DNA of 64,000 nt from Stegostoma tigrinum (Eukaryota), in contig NC_081355.1 in the NCBI RefSeq assembly GCF_030684315.1, forward strand, positions 80,438,924 through 80,502,923. The letters run 5' to 3'. A program made the translations under genes and the position numbers. Of the stretch, positions 34,790 through 48,609 are shown piece by piece (the first letter of the stretch is position 1; every line of letters starts with the position of its first letter). The notes beneath the pieces are model-generated. The model had not been told where the DNA came from. It saw nothing but the letters and a program-made list of their open reading frames with translations, and ran no database searches.

Positions 34790-35890
34790 TAGAAACAAGG
34801 AATGAAGGAAATGTTGTAGCCCATTCTTCCCTTCAAACCAGCTCCACCAATTAATGTGAACATTGCTGATCTGACACTTAATTTTACCCACACAATTCCC
34901 ATAACCCATTACATCATTGGTAATTAGAAATCTATCAATTGCTTCTTTAAACATACTTGCACACACAAAAAAAGCAAGAAACAATAGTAGTAAATTCCAA
35001 AGATTCACAATGTTCCGAGTACTAAGCCCTGAATGGCATATCACTTATTTTTAAATTGTGCCCCTTGGTTCTAGACTCCCCACTGAAAGGTAACATCTTA
35101 CTTGCATCTACACTATCTAATCCATCCAAGTATTTTGTAGGTTTCTATGACATCGTCTCTCATTCCTCAAAACTTTATCCTGAGGAGAGACCAAAATTGC
35201 TAAAATATTCTAGAGGCTGTCTGACCAATTCTCCGTACGATTGAAGTGAGACTTCACTGCTCCTTTAATCAAACCCTCTTGTGATAGTAGCTAACATTCT
35301 GTTAGCCTTCCTGATAGCTTGCTTCAGCTCTATGCTAGCATTCAATATCTTTGCACATCCATGAATAACTTCACAGAGGCCAGTATCCCATCACCAAGTC
35401 ACCCTCTATTAACATGTGAAAAGGTCTTAACTCTGGTCTGCCTCCCTCAGAGCCAGCTCTCTACCTCAGCAGAACCTCTGACACTCCTATTAACATCTAT
35501 CAGCCAGGGCTCCTTGATTGGACCAGATTAACAGCCCAAATCAGGGAATTCATATTCTACAAAGTCCACCTGGCGGATCTTGTTACGGCCAGTAGGCTTT
35601 CCAACATCTTAACATTTAAGAATTACAGTGCTCATCTATTTCTCCTACTAAAATGGATAACCATGTACTTTTCCACATTATATTCCACCTGCCATGTTCT
35701 TCCCCATTCACTTAGCTTACCCATATATTCCTGAAGGTGCTCTACATCATGCTCACCACACATATTTGCCACGTACAAATATTTAACATACATTGTCAAC
35801 AGTTTTAGTGTAAGTACAAATCCTTAGAGTACCTCACTAAATACTGTCTACCAATGCAAGAATTACCCATTTATTCCTACTTTGTCTTCT
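34790..35890 (-). mobile_element. Degenerate CR1 3' half
   Basis: ORF 34772-35044 reads NLWNLL...FKEAIDRFLITNDVMGYG. Also the reverse of ctagaaccaaggggcacaatttaaaaataag (RTKGHNLKI). Confidence 0.8.
35362..35587 (-). mobile_element. Probable solo LTR of an LTR retrotransposon, inserted in CR1
   Basis: A ~225-bp non-CR1 block. On the minus strand it begins (c)GTAACAAG, has a CCAAT, a decayed TATA-like and poly(A)-like signal (ttaatagagggtgacttgg), and ends ...gttattCA. No clear TSD. Confidence 0.55.
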
Positions 35891-36354
35891 GTTTTACATC
35901 TACCTACATAAATCTGTAAATAATACCTTAACATGTACTAAACTGGTTATAGTTTGTGCATACCAACAGCTCCAAAAGCTTTCCAAAACTAGGCCAACCA
36001 ACATGCAACAAAGTTCTGCAAAAATGCATATTTAAAAAGAAAAAAAGGGGTCAATTTTCAGCATCTAGCAGTAATCCATTCATCAACATTCATAGATCAG
36101 GAAGTACATTAGTCCCACTTGAAGCTGTTCAGATTGATTTTGGTCAATAAAAATAATCCTTTTCCTCTTGGTTACTTCAGAAATGAATTGGGTGAATATT
36201 CAGCCCTGTCATTTGACCATAGGGTATAAGTATGGAATTTTTGCACTCTCACAATTAGGAAGTGCTGACCCTATTTGGATTGGGGTTTATACTTGGAACT
36301 TGTCAAAATTAATGTTGTGTTGAATGTCTGATGAGTTAGCAGCTCCTTGAGGGC

Positions 36355-36455
36355 TGATACATTACAACACGACTACACTTCAAAAAGTGCTTAATTGGCT
36401 GTGAAGTGCTTTGGGACATCTGTGGTTGTGAAATATAAATGCAAATTCTTCCTTA
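36355..36455 (+). mobile_element. DeuSINE-like 3' tail fragment
   Basis: acattacaacacgactacacttcaaaaagtgcttaattggctgtgaagtgctttgggacatc...atataaatgcaaattc. Confidence 0.5.
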
Positions 36456-37139
36456 CTTTTTTTTGCTGAAAATTAAAGGGATGTGGCTTCCTAAGGTTAA
36501 AAAGCATCAAAACAAATTTGCTTACATTTCCAAAGTGCCTTTGGCATTCAACATGCTCATATGGCATTTAAAGGCCATACTGAACTCAGTATATTAATAA
36601 AATATTGTTTTTCCAAAGAGAGCTCGTTTTCAGTGCTATGACTACAAATTCAAAAGATACATGGGTGAAAGAAGAGGCTGCCAAAATATTCTATACCTAT
36701 ATGATTTAGGGGACAGGTGAGGTGTAATTGCCAAGAGGACACGGCATGTAAATGCTTTGCTTGATGCCCAGTAAATTGGTGATGATGCATTCTAAGACAA
36801 ATATGAGGACTGTCATTCCCGCTGGCATTCCAGAAGACCCTCCCAGAACATAGAAAAGCAGAAGTTAGCAGATGGTGTCGCAATTGTGTATGTGATTCAC
36901 AAAACCCAGAAACTGATGTAATCAGCATTTCAGCTCCGTTAAGATGACCATGTGGAACACTGTTGACAGATACATGGTGCCTAACATCATTGGTCAATCT
37001 GCTACATATTTACTGCTGACCTTATACTGAGCTCTCAATCAGCCTTGTACTGCATTACAGATCGTGCAAGCATGAACAATGGAAATAAAAATAAAAGTAA
37101 AAATGAAGTAAATTAAGATACCAGTTTAGTATGTTCTAC

Positions 37140-37960
37140 ATTATACCATCTTCAGCTGCTTTGTCAATAAATTTTACTTCATCAAACAGTCAGAAGTGAG
37201 ATGTTCACTGATGGCTACACAATATTCAGTACCATTCCCGATGTTTCAGATACTTAAATAGTCCATGACCAAATACAACAGGACCTGGAAAATATTCAGG
37301 CTGGCTGCTACGGGCAAGTAACATTTCCAATACACTTCCTGGAAGTCATCATTGTCCAGACATTGAATCAGACCAAATGGACGATACCAGTACTGCGGCT
37401 CTAGGAGCAAGTCAGAGGCTGGAAAATAAGTGGCAAATAATTCACCTTCTGACCCTTCAAAGCCTAACCATCATCTACAAGGTGTAAGTCAGGAGAATGA
37501 TGAAATATGCTCCTCTTGCCTGGATGAGTGCAGCTTCATGCTACTCAAAAAGCTTGAACCATTCAGAATAAAGCAATTTCACTCCTCATAATGCGTTCAA
37601 CATTCACTCCCTCCATCACTAACACAGTTGCAGCCGTGTCGGCCGTGAGCAGGATACACTACAACATCACGATAAGGCTCCTTAGATAGCAACTTCCAAA
37701 CTCACAAATCTTGATGATCTGAAAAACAAGTGCAGCAGATATATGGGAGTAGCGTCACCTGCAGTTGTTCCTCCTGGACACTCACCATCCTGATTCAAAG
37801 CTCTATCAACAGTCCTTCACTATCACTCAGCTCAAATCCTGAAACTACCTTCTCAACAACATAATGGGGCCATCTACACCACTGCAGCAGTTTGAGTAGG
37901 AACTCACTACTACCCTCGCGTGCATTATTCAGATGAGCGGCAAATTTTGCCCATTCCCAT
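37140..37960 (+). mobile_element. LINE family B, RT to 3' end, degenerate
   Basis: atcttcagctgctttgtcaataa...atgttcactgatggctacacaata (IFSCFVN...MFxDxxT) and atctacaaggtgtaagtcaggagaatgatgaaatat. Confidence 0.8.
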
Positions 37961-38410
37961 GAAAGAAAAAAGCCCTCAGCCATGCTTTCTATCACCAATT
38001 CTAGTTTTTTCTCAACCAGAATTGGCCCAATCCACCATTTGCATGCCTTTCGGTGTTTATATGACTGCAGAAGGTTGTGGGACTTCCTTTGATGTTAACT
38101 ACTAGCCTATTTTCATATTTCCTCTTTGCTTTGCTTATTTTCTTTTCCATTACTTCCTTGAATTTTTATGTTCACTCTGGTTCACAACTCTATTTTCTCC
38201 CTGACATTTTTCCAAAGTACACTTCTTTTTATCATAACTTGTACTATTTTTGTCATCCAGGGACCTCTGGAATTGTTTGCTTTAACTTTCCTTTTCAAAG
38301 GAATGTACCTTCATTGTGTCCAAACTTTTGAAGTTAGCCAACCGCTCAGCTGCCATTTCTCCTGCCAACTTTTGACACTAATTTGTTCAACCGGGATCTA
38401 TTCTTATCCT

Positions 38411-38635
38411 GGGTTAATGGGAACTGCAGATGCTGGAGATTCCAAGATAATAAAATGTGAGGCTGGATGAACACAGCAGGCCAAGCAGCATCTCAGGAGC
38501 ACAAAAGCTGACGTTTCGGGCCTAGACCCTTCATCAGAGAGCAGACCTGATGAAGGGTCTAGGCCCGAAATGTCAGCTTTTGTGCTCCTGAGATGCTGCT
38601 TGGCCTGCTGTGTTCATCCAGCCTCACATTTTATT
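38411..38635. mobile_element. PLE family A foldback mini-element; HHR cores at 38510-38537 (-, intact) and 38547-38574 (+, one C>T)
   Basis: Inverted arms around a 9-nt spacer. 15-bp TSD atctattcttatcct at 38396-38410 and 38636-38650. It sits within old CR1 sequence (~38000-39300). Confidence 0.9.
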
Positions 38636-39334
38636 ATCTATTCTTATCCTATTGGGTTTTAAGTTGGCTTTTCCCCAATTTTTTATTCTTATCTGGTTTG
38701 TTCATTAGCCTCTTCTATTGTCACATGTAAACAATTATGTAGCGATCACTATCGCATAACTGTTCTCCGACTAACATTTGATCTTCTAGTATCACCTTTG
38801 TGGACCATCAGTGCTTCCTTTCTCTTCCTACTGCTGTCAAAAATCCTCCTGAATATATTTGAAGGACTGTTGCCCTTCTTGCTCTTTATATCAGTGTTAT
38901 CGCAATCTATATTTGTGTAAAGAACCTCCCCATTGTAACTACTCAATAGCATTTGTACTTCTCTGCAATTTCTTACAAGTTTGTACTTCTACATTCTTCC
39001 GATAAATTGATGTTCTGTCGATTACGTTGACCAATGTAATTAGACCTCTTTTGTTTCTGATCTTTAGCCAAGTTAATTCTATTGACCATTCTGGGAAATC
39101 CTCTTTTTCTTGCACTGCAATAGTCTCCTTAATTCTTAATCATTATTGCCCTCTGTCCCTCTTTTGGTCCATTGTGACCACCCCTGACACATTATATTCA
39201 GAAATATGCAACATGTAATCCTACACTTCTTTGAAAACCAGGTTGCTGTTAACAGCTACAGCATCACAAATGTACACAGTAATCTTTGCCTACAACTCGC
39301 CAATCTTATTTACCAGAACCCATACATTCACTTC

Positions 39335-40570
39335 TGTTTATTCATTTTGTGGGATGTGGGCATTGCTGGCTGGCCAGCATTTCTTGCCCGTCCCTTGTTG
39401 CCCTTGAGAAGGTGCTGGTGAGCTGCCTTCTTGAACGGCTGCAGTGGGTTTGTCCACAATGTTATTAGGGAGGGAATTCCAGGATGTTCACCCAGTAACA
39501 ATGAAGGAACAGGAATATATTTCCAAGTCAGGATGGTGAGGAGCTTCGAGGGGAACTTGAAAGTAGTTTGGTGTTCCCAAATGTCTGCCACCTTTGTCCT
39601 CTTAGATGGAAATGGTTGTGGGTTTGGAAGATGCTGTCTGAGGATCTTTGGTGAATTTCTGTGCGCATCTTGTAGATAGTACACACTGCTGCTACTCATC
39701 ATTGGTGGTGGAGAAAATGGATGTTTGTGGGCATAGTGCCAATCAAGTGGGCTGCTTTGACCTAGATGGTGCCAAATTTCTTGAGTGTTGTTGGGGCTGC
39801 ACTCATCCAGGAAAGTGGGGAGTATTCCATCACACTCCTGACTTGTGCCTTGTAGATGGTCGACAGGTTTTGAGGAGTCAAGAGGTGAGTTACTCACTGC
39901 AGCATTCCTAGCTTCTGGCCTACCTTGTAGCCACTGTGTTTATGTGGTGAGGCCAGTTGAGTTCCTCATCAATGGTAACCCCCAGGATGTTGGTAGTGGA
40001 GAATTCAGTAATGGAATACAATTGGATGTCAAAGGGTGGTGGTTAGATTGTCTCTTGTTGGTGATGGTCATAGCCAGGCATTTCTGTGGTGTGATTGTTA
40101 CATGCCACTTGACAATCCAAGCCTGGATATTGTCCAGATTGAACATGGACTGCTTCAGTATCTGAGGAATCATGAATAGTGCTGAACGTTGTGCAATCAT
40201 TGGTGAACACCCCCACTCCTGACCTTATGATGGAGGGAAGGCTATTGGTGAAGCAGCTGAAGATGGCTGGGCCTAGGACACTAACCTGAGGAACTCCTGC
40301 AGAGATGTCCTGGAGCTGAAATGCTTGACCACCAACAAGCACGGCCATCTTTCTATGTGTCAGGTATGACTCCGACCACCGGAGAGTTTTACCCCGGATA
40401 CCCATTGATTCCAATTTTGCTCAGGCTCTTTGATTCCACACTTGGTCAAATGTAGCCTTGATATCACGGGCTGTCACTCTCGCCTCACCTCTGGAATTCA
40501 GCTTTTTTGCCCATGTTTGAAGCAAGGCTGTAATGATGTCAGGAGCTGAGTGGCCCTGGTGGGGACCCTA
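39335..40570 (-). mobile_element. LINE family B (CR1-group non-LTR), best copy in the window: RT C-half and 3' end
   Basis: ORF 40043-40414 reads MGIRGKTLRWSESYLTHRKMAVLVGG...SAGVPQVSVLGPAIFSCFTNSLP...FTND. ORF 39940-40200 reads DNIQAWIVKWHVTITPQKC. Confidence 0.9.
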
Positions 40571-41899
40571 ACATAGACTTTATTGGTTTCTTCCTTACTC
40601 TAACCACAAATTTTAACTTATTATCCTGAATTCTAACCTTTCTATCCAACCCAGTGTTTTGTGCCCTGTGTATTTCTCTCTGTTATTAAATTCTGTTTTC
40701 CACACCTTTGCTGTTTAGTTTAAACCATGCGCAGTAGTACTAGCAAAAATAGCCCACATGGTTGTCAGCCCAAGATCTGTTCAGGTGCTCAGCATCCAGC
40801 CTGTGCAGTTTTCATCTTCTCCAGAGCAAGCCCTAATCTCCCAAAAGTCAAAAGTCTTCTCTCCTACACCAAGATTTAGGCTATGCATTCATCTGTCATA
40901 TCCTTCTATTTCTGTCCTCACTGGGAGTAAAATGGAGACTACTGCTTTTGAAGTACAGCATGATTATTTTCTAACTAGTGCCTTACATTCTGACTGCAGG
41001 ACCATACACTTTTTTGACGAAAGTTGTTTCTGTTATAGCCTTCCCCTCTCAGGATACTCCACAACTCAATGATTTCCTGAACCCCCCCTAAACAGAAGGA
41101 ATCCACCACTAGGATGCATTACTGTAACCATGTATCTAATCACTGTGGAATAATTGATCACTGCTGCTTTTTGAGAGTTCCTTGTAAACCCCTGTGCAGT
41201 TGTGCCACCTATAATGCCATGGACCTGACACTGCCTGTACAAATATTAATAAATCTTGCCAACACAAATAAGCCTTGCACCTATTAATACAACCTCACCA
41301 ATGCTGATGAATCCAATTAATACTTAACTTACTGTTTTAGTTGCAATAAATCTCGCATCAGGAAAGAGTGAAAGATAATACAAGTTACTAGACATCAGTT
41401 AATCACTTCCTCCTTATTAACAACACTTGAGTTGTTTAAAATATTAATCCACTAGTCGTCGAGACTTAGTCCCTAAACAACAATACTCACTAGACAATCA
41501 ACATCTCACCTGCACAAAATGTGTCCAGATGTGGTCTATATTTATAAGTCAAGGTTAATAGCCCATTTTATTCAGAAGCAAATCATCCAGAGAGACAGCA
41601 TAAGAAACGCACTTGCCTTTTCCACTTCTCATCATCAACTTGTGAGGTCTGTCTATTCACTGTTGTAAACGGATGAATCAGTGTCGGCAATTGCAAAAAC
41701 AGAAAATCATTCAGTAGCATTAATTAAAACCCCAAATGTTGAAATCAGACTGCAAGGCTATAAAATACCAATTTTGTGAGACTTTTGAAAAAAGCAGTTT
41801 TCTACAGCTTTCATATTTCACTGTCTCAGATGAATGGCTAAAAATGAATTTGCATTATTTTGAGGCACTTTGTCTTAACTCATGTTTCTTTAGTTTTTA

Positions 41900-42505
41900 A
41901 AACTGTTTTATGGTATGTGCACACCTCTGGCAAGGCGAGCATTAGTTGCCCATCCCTAAATGCCCTATCAAGGTATTGAGCCGCCTTGGTGAGCTACTGC
42001 AGTTTGGTGCAGGTGCACCTACAGTGATACAGGGAAGGAAGCTCCAGGACTTTGATCCAGCAGCAGAGAAGGAATGGCAATAGAGGGCCAAGTCAGTATG
42101 GTGGGTGAATTGAATGGTTTCTGACTTGCATGGATCAGCTACTTTGTTCTTCTAGGTGGCACAAGTTGTGAGTTTTGAAGGTACTGTCACAGGGCCATTA
42201 GTGTTGCAGAGCAGTGTATGCTGCTGCCCCCGTGCATTGCTGGTGAAGTAAATGAATATCTAATTTAGTGAAGTGAATGTCAGTCAAGCAGAATACCTTG
42301 TCCTGCACGTCATTGAGTCTTTTTAGTTTTTTTGCAGCTTCACTCATGCAGGCAGTGGAGAATATTTCATTATGTGCCTTACACATATTTTATAGACGGT
42401 GGACAACCTTTAAGTAGATAGAAGATGATTTACTAACTGAAGAATTCCCAGTGTCTACTACTCTTGTAGCCACAGTATTTATATAGCTGGTCCAGTTCAG
42501 CTTCG
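41900..42505 (-). mobile_element. LINE family B 3' fragment
   Basis: gcattagttgcccatccctaaatgccct...cttgtagccacagtatttatatagctggtccagttcag. Confidence 0.75.
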
Positions 42506-43559
42506 GAAAACAAGTCAAGTTTGGATTGCTTTGTAACATGTATAATAATCTGTAGGATGATAAATGACTTCTAAGTTAAACAGCAAGTGAAAAAGATAGA
42601 TCGAGATAGGAATTTCATATTACAAACTACAGGAATGCCGTGTCCAGTTTGAGGCATGTTGTTTATTTAATGGGAAATCAAGATCAAACACCAATTGATT
42701 GAGCAATCAATGAATTCTGAGAAGTCTATTATGCTTGTTTTAAAGGATTCAAAAGCTCAACACTATCCATTAAACTTGCAGGGAAACTATTGATCCTTTC
42801 AGAAAGAAGAATGTTGGGATCACTTCATCATTAATATGTGGAACTGTTCAGTACCTGAATGTCCTCCAGGCCAGCGATCATCTTTGACATTACAGTTTTC
42901 AATAAATACAGAGCTTCTGAAAAAGATGAATACTTTGCATTAAAACCATCTATAAATTGCATGAGTGCTTCTTTGCTTTATTATCTGCATGATTTTTAGC
43001 ATATTTAGCATAAACACCTCTGCCCGCACTCCCTACTATTTCCAATCAATAATTGCATATACAGAACAAAGAGTTGATTAAAGATGTTGGATTTCTTTTT
43101 AAGGCCCATTGTGTTACTGAAACCAATACAAATTAAAACAAGGTAATAACTGCCACAAAAGCCATGCACTAGGTTCATTAAGTCCAAAGTTCCCATGTTA
43201 ATTTTCACGTTTATCCCATAGCATTATCCAGAAGGCCTGATCAGAGTTGGGCTTTAATGTCCATTTTGAGTTGAGAATGCTAAAGGGAAGACTGCATTTA
43301 AATTTATTCTTAACATGTGGACAACTCTGCCTTAGGCCCACCTGTGCTAGTAAAAGCTGTGCTCCCTTGCCTAGTCGATGCCTGTTTACATGTTGTTCAC
43401 TTACTGGAGGAGCTAAGGAGCTTTGTGTTTATTCTCATCAGGCATTGTGAAGAATAGCCTTGGTGCAATTGTGTTACAGAAACGAGTATTATTAAGGACC
43501 TCAGACATGTGGATTACTTTGTTAGCCTTATAATTCCTTCTGAATCCACTCAAACTACA

Positions 43560-44580
43560 GAGCCACAGATCATCGGAAATCTATTGTGCAGGAAGGGTTA
43601 TCAGCCAATTGTCACGGCACTGGCCCAAAGAAGAAAATAATCTATAAGACTAGCTGTCCATCCTAATCCCACCTTCTAGTGCCAGGTCTGTAGCTATGCA
43701 GTTTGTAGTATGTCAGATACAGGTGCAAGTCCTTTTTACATGAGTTGACGATTTTCACCTAAACAACTAAACTGAGTAGTGAATTGCAGAGACCTACCAC
43801 CTTCTGTGTAAAAGCTTTTCTCATGTCTCCTCACATCCTTCTACCAATCACCTCAACATTTGTGACTTCTGACAATTGAACACTTGGTTGTGCAGGAACC
43901 TTTCTTATCTATTCTAACTAGGCCACTCATACTTAAGTGAACTAGGTCACCATTTAGCCTCCCCTTTCCAGGCTTTTCTCATTGTTAAATATTTTCAAGC
44001 CAAGCAACTTTTCTGTAAATTTTCTCTGTACTTTCTCCGGATCAATTGCCTTCTTCTTGCAATGTGGTGATCAGAACTGGATGCAAAATTCCAGCTCTGG
44101 TCTAAGCAACAGTTATGCAGTTCCAACATCGCAAACCTGTTTTCATATTGTATACCTTGCTTAATAAAGGAAAACATCACATATGCTCCCTTTTCCATCT
44201 TACTTACCTAAGCAGCCACTTTCACAGAGCTGTAAATATGATCTCTAAAGTTTCATACTTCCTCTCAAAATCTTTCTGTTTATTGAGCATTCTCTAGCTT
44301 TGTTTGCATTACCTTACAGTAATCTGGATTGAATTCCATTTGCCAATTTACCATTCATCCAACCGAACAATTGATATCATTATGCAGTTGACAGCTATCC
44401 TCTTCACTTTGAATTACTGATTTCATTTGAGTCATCTGCATTTTTCCCAATAATGCCATTCACAAAACTATCTACCATTACACTTTGTTTCCTTTCACTG
44501 AGACAACCTGCCATGTTCCGCTCTATATCGTGGGCTTTCGAACTAGCCTGTAATATGGAACCCTGCCAAATGTCATCGAC
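43560..44580 (-). mobile_element. Degenerate CR1 3' half
   Basis: Reverse of ctggaattttgcatccagttctgatcaccacattgcaagaagaag (LEFCIQFxSPHCKK) and WQGSIL/NADD remnants. Confidence 0.7.
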
Positions 44581-44589
44581 AGCCAAGGG

Positions 44590-46120
44590 TGAGGTATTGA
44601 AGATTTGGTGTTGGTTAATATGGTGCCATTGTCTAAGAAAGGCTGTAAGGAAAAGCCTGGGAACTTTGGACCAGTGAGCCTGACGTCAGTGGTGGGTAAG
44701 TTGTTGGGAGGAATTCTGAGGGAAAGGGATTACATGCATTTGGAAAGGGAAGGACAGATTAGGGATAGTCAACATGGCTTTTTACATAAGGAATTGTGTC
44801 TCATTAACTTGATTGAGTTTTTTTGAAGAAGTAACAAAGACCGATAAAGACAGAATGTTGGAGCATATCAAATGGACTTCATCAACGTGTTTGACAAGGC
44901 CCTACATGGTAGACTGGCTAGTGAGGTTAGATCACATGTGATCCAGGAGGAGGTGGCCAATTGGACATAAAAATTGGATTGAAGGTAGGAGACAAAGAGT
45001 GGTGGTAGATGGTTGTTTTACAGACTGGAGGCTCGTGGCCAGTGAAGTGCCACAAGGATCAGAGCTGGATATACTGCTTTTCATCATTTATATCAATGAT
45101 ATGGATGTGAGTATAGGAGATATGATTAGTAAGTTTGCAGATGTCACCTAAACGGATGATGTATTGATCTGTGAAGAACAGTATCAAAGTACAACCAGAT
45201 CTTAATCAGATGGACCAATGGATCAGGGAGAGACAGATGGAGCTTAATTTAGATAAATGTGAGGTACCTGTATTGCATGTTGGTAACACAAACCAGGGTA
45301 GGTCTTATAAAATTAATGGTAGGGCCCTGGGAGTGTTGCCGATCGAAGAGACTTAGGGATACAGGTACATAATTTCTTAGAGGTAGAGTTGGAGGTAGAC
45401 AAGGTGATGATAAAAGGATTTGACATGCTTACCTTTATTGGTTGAAACATTGAGTGTAGGAGTTGAGATGTCATTTTGCAGCTGTACAGGACATTGTTGA
45501 GGCTACTTTTAGAATACTCCATAAAAAATTGATCACTCTTCTATAGGAGGGATAAACCTGAATATGGTGCAGAAGAGGTTTGCATATTGCCAGGACTGGA
45601 TAGTTTGTGTTACAGGGAGATACTGAATAGGCTGGGGCATTTTTTTCCCTGAAGTGTCAGAAGCTGAAGGGTGACCTTATAAAAGCTTATAAAATCATGA
45701 GGGGTATAAATAAATTGAATAACCAATATATTTTTTTCTTAGGGTGGGTGAGTCCAAAACTAGAGGGCATAGGCTTAAAGTGAGATGGGAAAAATTTAAA
45801 AAGGACCTGAGGAGTAAGTTTTCATGTGGAGAGTGGTATGTGTATGGAACAAGCTGCCAAAGTGGTGAAAGAGGGTACAATTTTAACCTTTTAAAGATGT
45901 CTGGATGGGAATATGAATAAGAAGAGTTTGGGGGGGACGGGCCAAATGCTGGCAAATGGGACTAGGCCAGGTTGGGATGTCTGGTTGGTGTGGAAAAGTT
46001 GGACCAACAAATCTGTTTCCATGAGATAATGGGAACTGCAGATGCTGGAGATTCCAAGATAATAAAATGTGAGGCTGGATGAACACAGCAGGCCAACCAT
46101 GTTGTATGACTCTATGAGTG
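44590..46120 (+). mobile_element. CR1 RT to 3' tail, degenerate
   Basis: VPLSKKGCKEKPGNFGPVSLTSVVGKLL...DSQHGF...CLINLIEFF, KFADVT, LNLDKCEV, and tail tgtatgactctatga. Confidence 0.9.
46024..46096 (-). mobile_element. 73-bp PLE family A 3' terminal fragment in a CR1 3' UTR
   Basis: Identical to 8912-8984. Flanked by ccatg at 46019-46023 and 46097-46101. Confidence 0.88.
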
Positions 46121-46429
46121 ACTAACATCCACTTACTGAGTTGGTTGGTTTATTTTTTTACATTATTCAAACCTGCAGGTGGTTCCACATAAATAGTTCT
46201 GGCCCTTGGATCACATTTTATGTCTGGTGGGAGCCTAATGGATGAACAGAGAAATTGTCTGCAATCCATTTCTGCCAAGTCCTGGCTTATATGGGTCATA
46301 GCAAAAATCAATGGAATCTGCATCTGGAAAGGAAACAACATACCGCAGCGTAACCTGGAATATGGCATAAGAAACAGGAACAGGAGTAGGCCGTACATTT
46401 CCCCATTGAATACGGTCTATAGCTTATCA

Positions 46430-47000
46430 TAGAGTGGAGGTGGTGGGGGCAGGGCTCCTCCAGCGATCAGGGGCAGTGGACTTTATGGGATGGTGGCACT
46501 GGCAGGACGGCCAGAACTGAGCCATAGTGAGATGGTGGTAGTGGCCTGGTTTGACAATGGAGCCAGGGACTCCTGGTTGTGAGGCCAATGTGGGTTCAGG
46601 ATGAGACCCAGCATCAGACATAACATAGGCGAGGTGGGCACAGTGGTGAAGAGATGGAGCCGAAAGAATGGTGTCTCCGACGTTAGTGGGCCTCGCACAC
46701 ACAGCGGGGTGGTTTTGAAAGTTTCACTGGTCAGCCAGCTCAGGCTCCATGTCTCCCTTTCAGTTATATATTTTATCCTTAAATAATTCTCTTTCGTAGA
46801 GTCATATAGCATGGAAACACAATTCAGCCCAACTAGCCCATGCTAAACATAATCTCAATTTAAACTCAGTTATATCTTTTATCCTTTTTATTCTGAAATT
46901 ATTCAAAATGGTGCCGGACTGTGGCGACCATTGAAGCTTTTCACTGCATCTTAGTGTATTATTTAATGTTAAATGCAAGTGACAATAAATAAATAAATTG
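46430..47000 (+). mobile_element. Unclassified non-coding retroposon; homologous copy at 52770-53550 (-)
   Basis: Shared 3' end ttcaaaatggtgccgga(c/t)tgtggc(g/a)ac...cttttcactg...aaatgcaa(g/a)tgacaat followed by an (AAAT)n or (TCAA)n tail. Confidence 0.6.
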
Positions 47001-48609
47001 TGCAAAGTAAATACATCATTAATAACAACAAGAGCTCAATTCCTGTTCAAGCTAAAGTTACCATTAGGGATATTCCTTCTCAAACTCTACCCGTGCCTGA
47101 GGTTTGGTAACTCTCAGATTAAACCATCACCATTTTCTCTCTAATGGAAGAACAATGTTATGGTCTGATAACCATAGACTTCACCTTATAGAATAAGTAC
47201 CCAACCAGTTTAGCTAGACATTTGTAATGTCACTGCTCCACAAAGCCAGTAAACGATGTCATGGGCTAAAATAGGCAAAGTTTCAGCATGCTGTAAAGTG
47301 AGAGGTGGTTAAATGCAACCTGACTTACCTTGGCTAGTTTTCATTAACCCTTTTTAACACAGTGAGTTAGGTAAATAGGACAAGGTTCAAGAGAATGTCC
47401 AACATGACTTTACTGAATAATTTATTAAGGAAAAGTTACCCAGCTCTGTCAATCTTTTCACAGGTCTCTTCAGAAAACAGTTTTAAATATCAAAGTAAAC
47501 AATCTCAAATTTACACTATCTACTTCTGAACCACTTCTGAGGATTTTCTACATCCTATCCCCAGGTCCCTACCAATGAATTTGAACTGTTTTTCTGAAAG
47601 AGCCCATTAATACCCATTTACCATGGCTGGGATAGGCTGTTACTTGGTCTTTGAGGGTTGGCTGATGTCTCAGGATCTGCAGTTGCCGATTTGGTTTCTC
47701 CCTCTTGCGTAGCATTGCTTCTGGTGTCACTGAGGTGGTCTCTTTGGTGCTCATCAGCCTGATGAAGCTCACCACAAGGTACAAAGAGCTGGAGATTCTG
47801 CTCATCGAAGGTGCTCTTGGGAGATGCTGTTGAAAATTGTGGTAAAGCAGAGAGAACTGGGCCTCCACGTTGCCCCTTTTATCTCTCTCTTCATGTCTTT
47901 CTCAAAGATTCTATGCCCAATACTCACATTGAGCAGGGGCAGAAAGATCCAATCTGGTGACTGCTTTCAAAATCTGTAAATCACAAAACCTGGCTTTGAA
48001 CCTTCAGCTTTCAAGTGCTGTCCTTGTCATGCTATCCATCTGGCTTTTTACTAAGCTGGGTACCATCAAGTCTGTGTAACATTCTTCTAACAAATCAACT
48101 TCACTTAAGGTAGAAACAATGGTTCATTCTGAAACATGTGATCATTAGGGCCTGACCAGGCAGTTCCAGGCCTGTCTGGGATCAACAGGAAGCTGTTTGT
48201 CCACGATTTGGTTACAGGAAGACTGCCTATCCTAACTTGGCAGTTTGGAAAATTGAGCCTGGCTAGGTTTGAATTTGGCTTCCACATTTTGAGATTTTAT
48301 CCATGCTTATGAAAAAATATCAATATTCCTGGAGGTCTTTGGTCACCTGATCACAAGGAGGACCCATTTTCTTCTATCTGTTACTGCCACATACTGGTAG
48401 AGTGAACAAAAACACCACAATAACAAGATATCTTTCAGAACAGCGACCAAACAGAAAGGTATAGTTTCAGTAGAAGTGCATCATTTTTGTAGTTAACCAG
48501 TAATGACATGATTTGTACACCATAGATGCCATACTTTAATGCTGTGTAATGTAGAAACCCAGTGCCTAATGCATAAAAATGCCAAAGATTGCACCACGCC
48601 AGTACATGA

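Noticed and set aside
43560-46120. Head-to-head CR1 pieces suggesting a twin-priming inversion
   Set aside because: Both pieces cover the same RT-to-3' region and differ in degree of decay, so they are independent insertions.
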